Positions 63,851 to 64,000 of a DNA stretch of 64,000 bases are shown here, piece by piece; the stretch's first letter is position 1; every line of letters starts with the position of its first letter. The notes below the pieces were generated by a model that was given only the letters and a program-made list of their open reading frames with translations, had not been told where the DNA came from and did not search any database. The stretch is from Vicugna vicugna (taxonomy: Eukaryota). The position numbers and the translations under genes are program-made. The stretch is from NCBI GenBank assembly GCA_013265495.1, contig MU057615.1:1-64000 (forward strand), in the 5' to 3' direction.

Positions 63851-64000
63851 TACCTGCCCCTTTTTCCTTCTCTGCGGTCTAAATGTGATACAACCATTAT
63901 TGAGATTTCTCTTGTGGTAGATATTGTGTTCCTTTCTTTCCTTTTTTAAGAACATTTTTTTTCTAATTATAAAAGTGATGCATTTTTAAATACAGGAAAA

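Overview
Mammalian genomic DNA, most likely a camelid (alpaca/llama/camel). The evidence is a Vic-1-type tRNA-derived SINE at ~12.8 kb plus young cetartiodactyl-type L1 3' ends. I found no supportable host protein-coding exon. Every ORF with a recognisable product is a decayed L1 ORF1/ORF2 fragment; the rest look like chance or antisense-LTR ORFs. The window is an intronic or intergenic stretch dense in transposable elements: about 11 ERV1-type LTRs (four solo copies of one family, all minus strand, with 4-bp TSDs), MaLR and MLT2 LTRs, many old and young L1 pieces, a Tigger1 derivative, MIR/L2 remnants and microsatellites. The most unusual observation is a young L1 insertion (57634-58240, perfect 13-bp TSD) that carries an ANTISENSE 5S rRNA fragment at its 5' junction, which fits twin priming in trans on a second RNA. 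Other leads: a possible rearrangement junction at ~4.3 kb, an ORF2-less (HAL1-like) L1 with a ~70-bp tandem array in its 5'UTR, a CpG-retaining sense LTR with downstream splice signals, and strong CTCF-like sites. Family names come from visual recognition, not a database search. Boundaries without a TSD are approximate.
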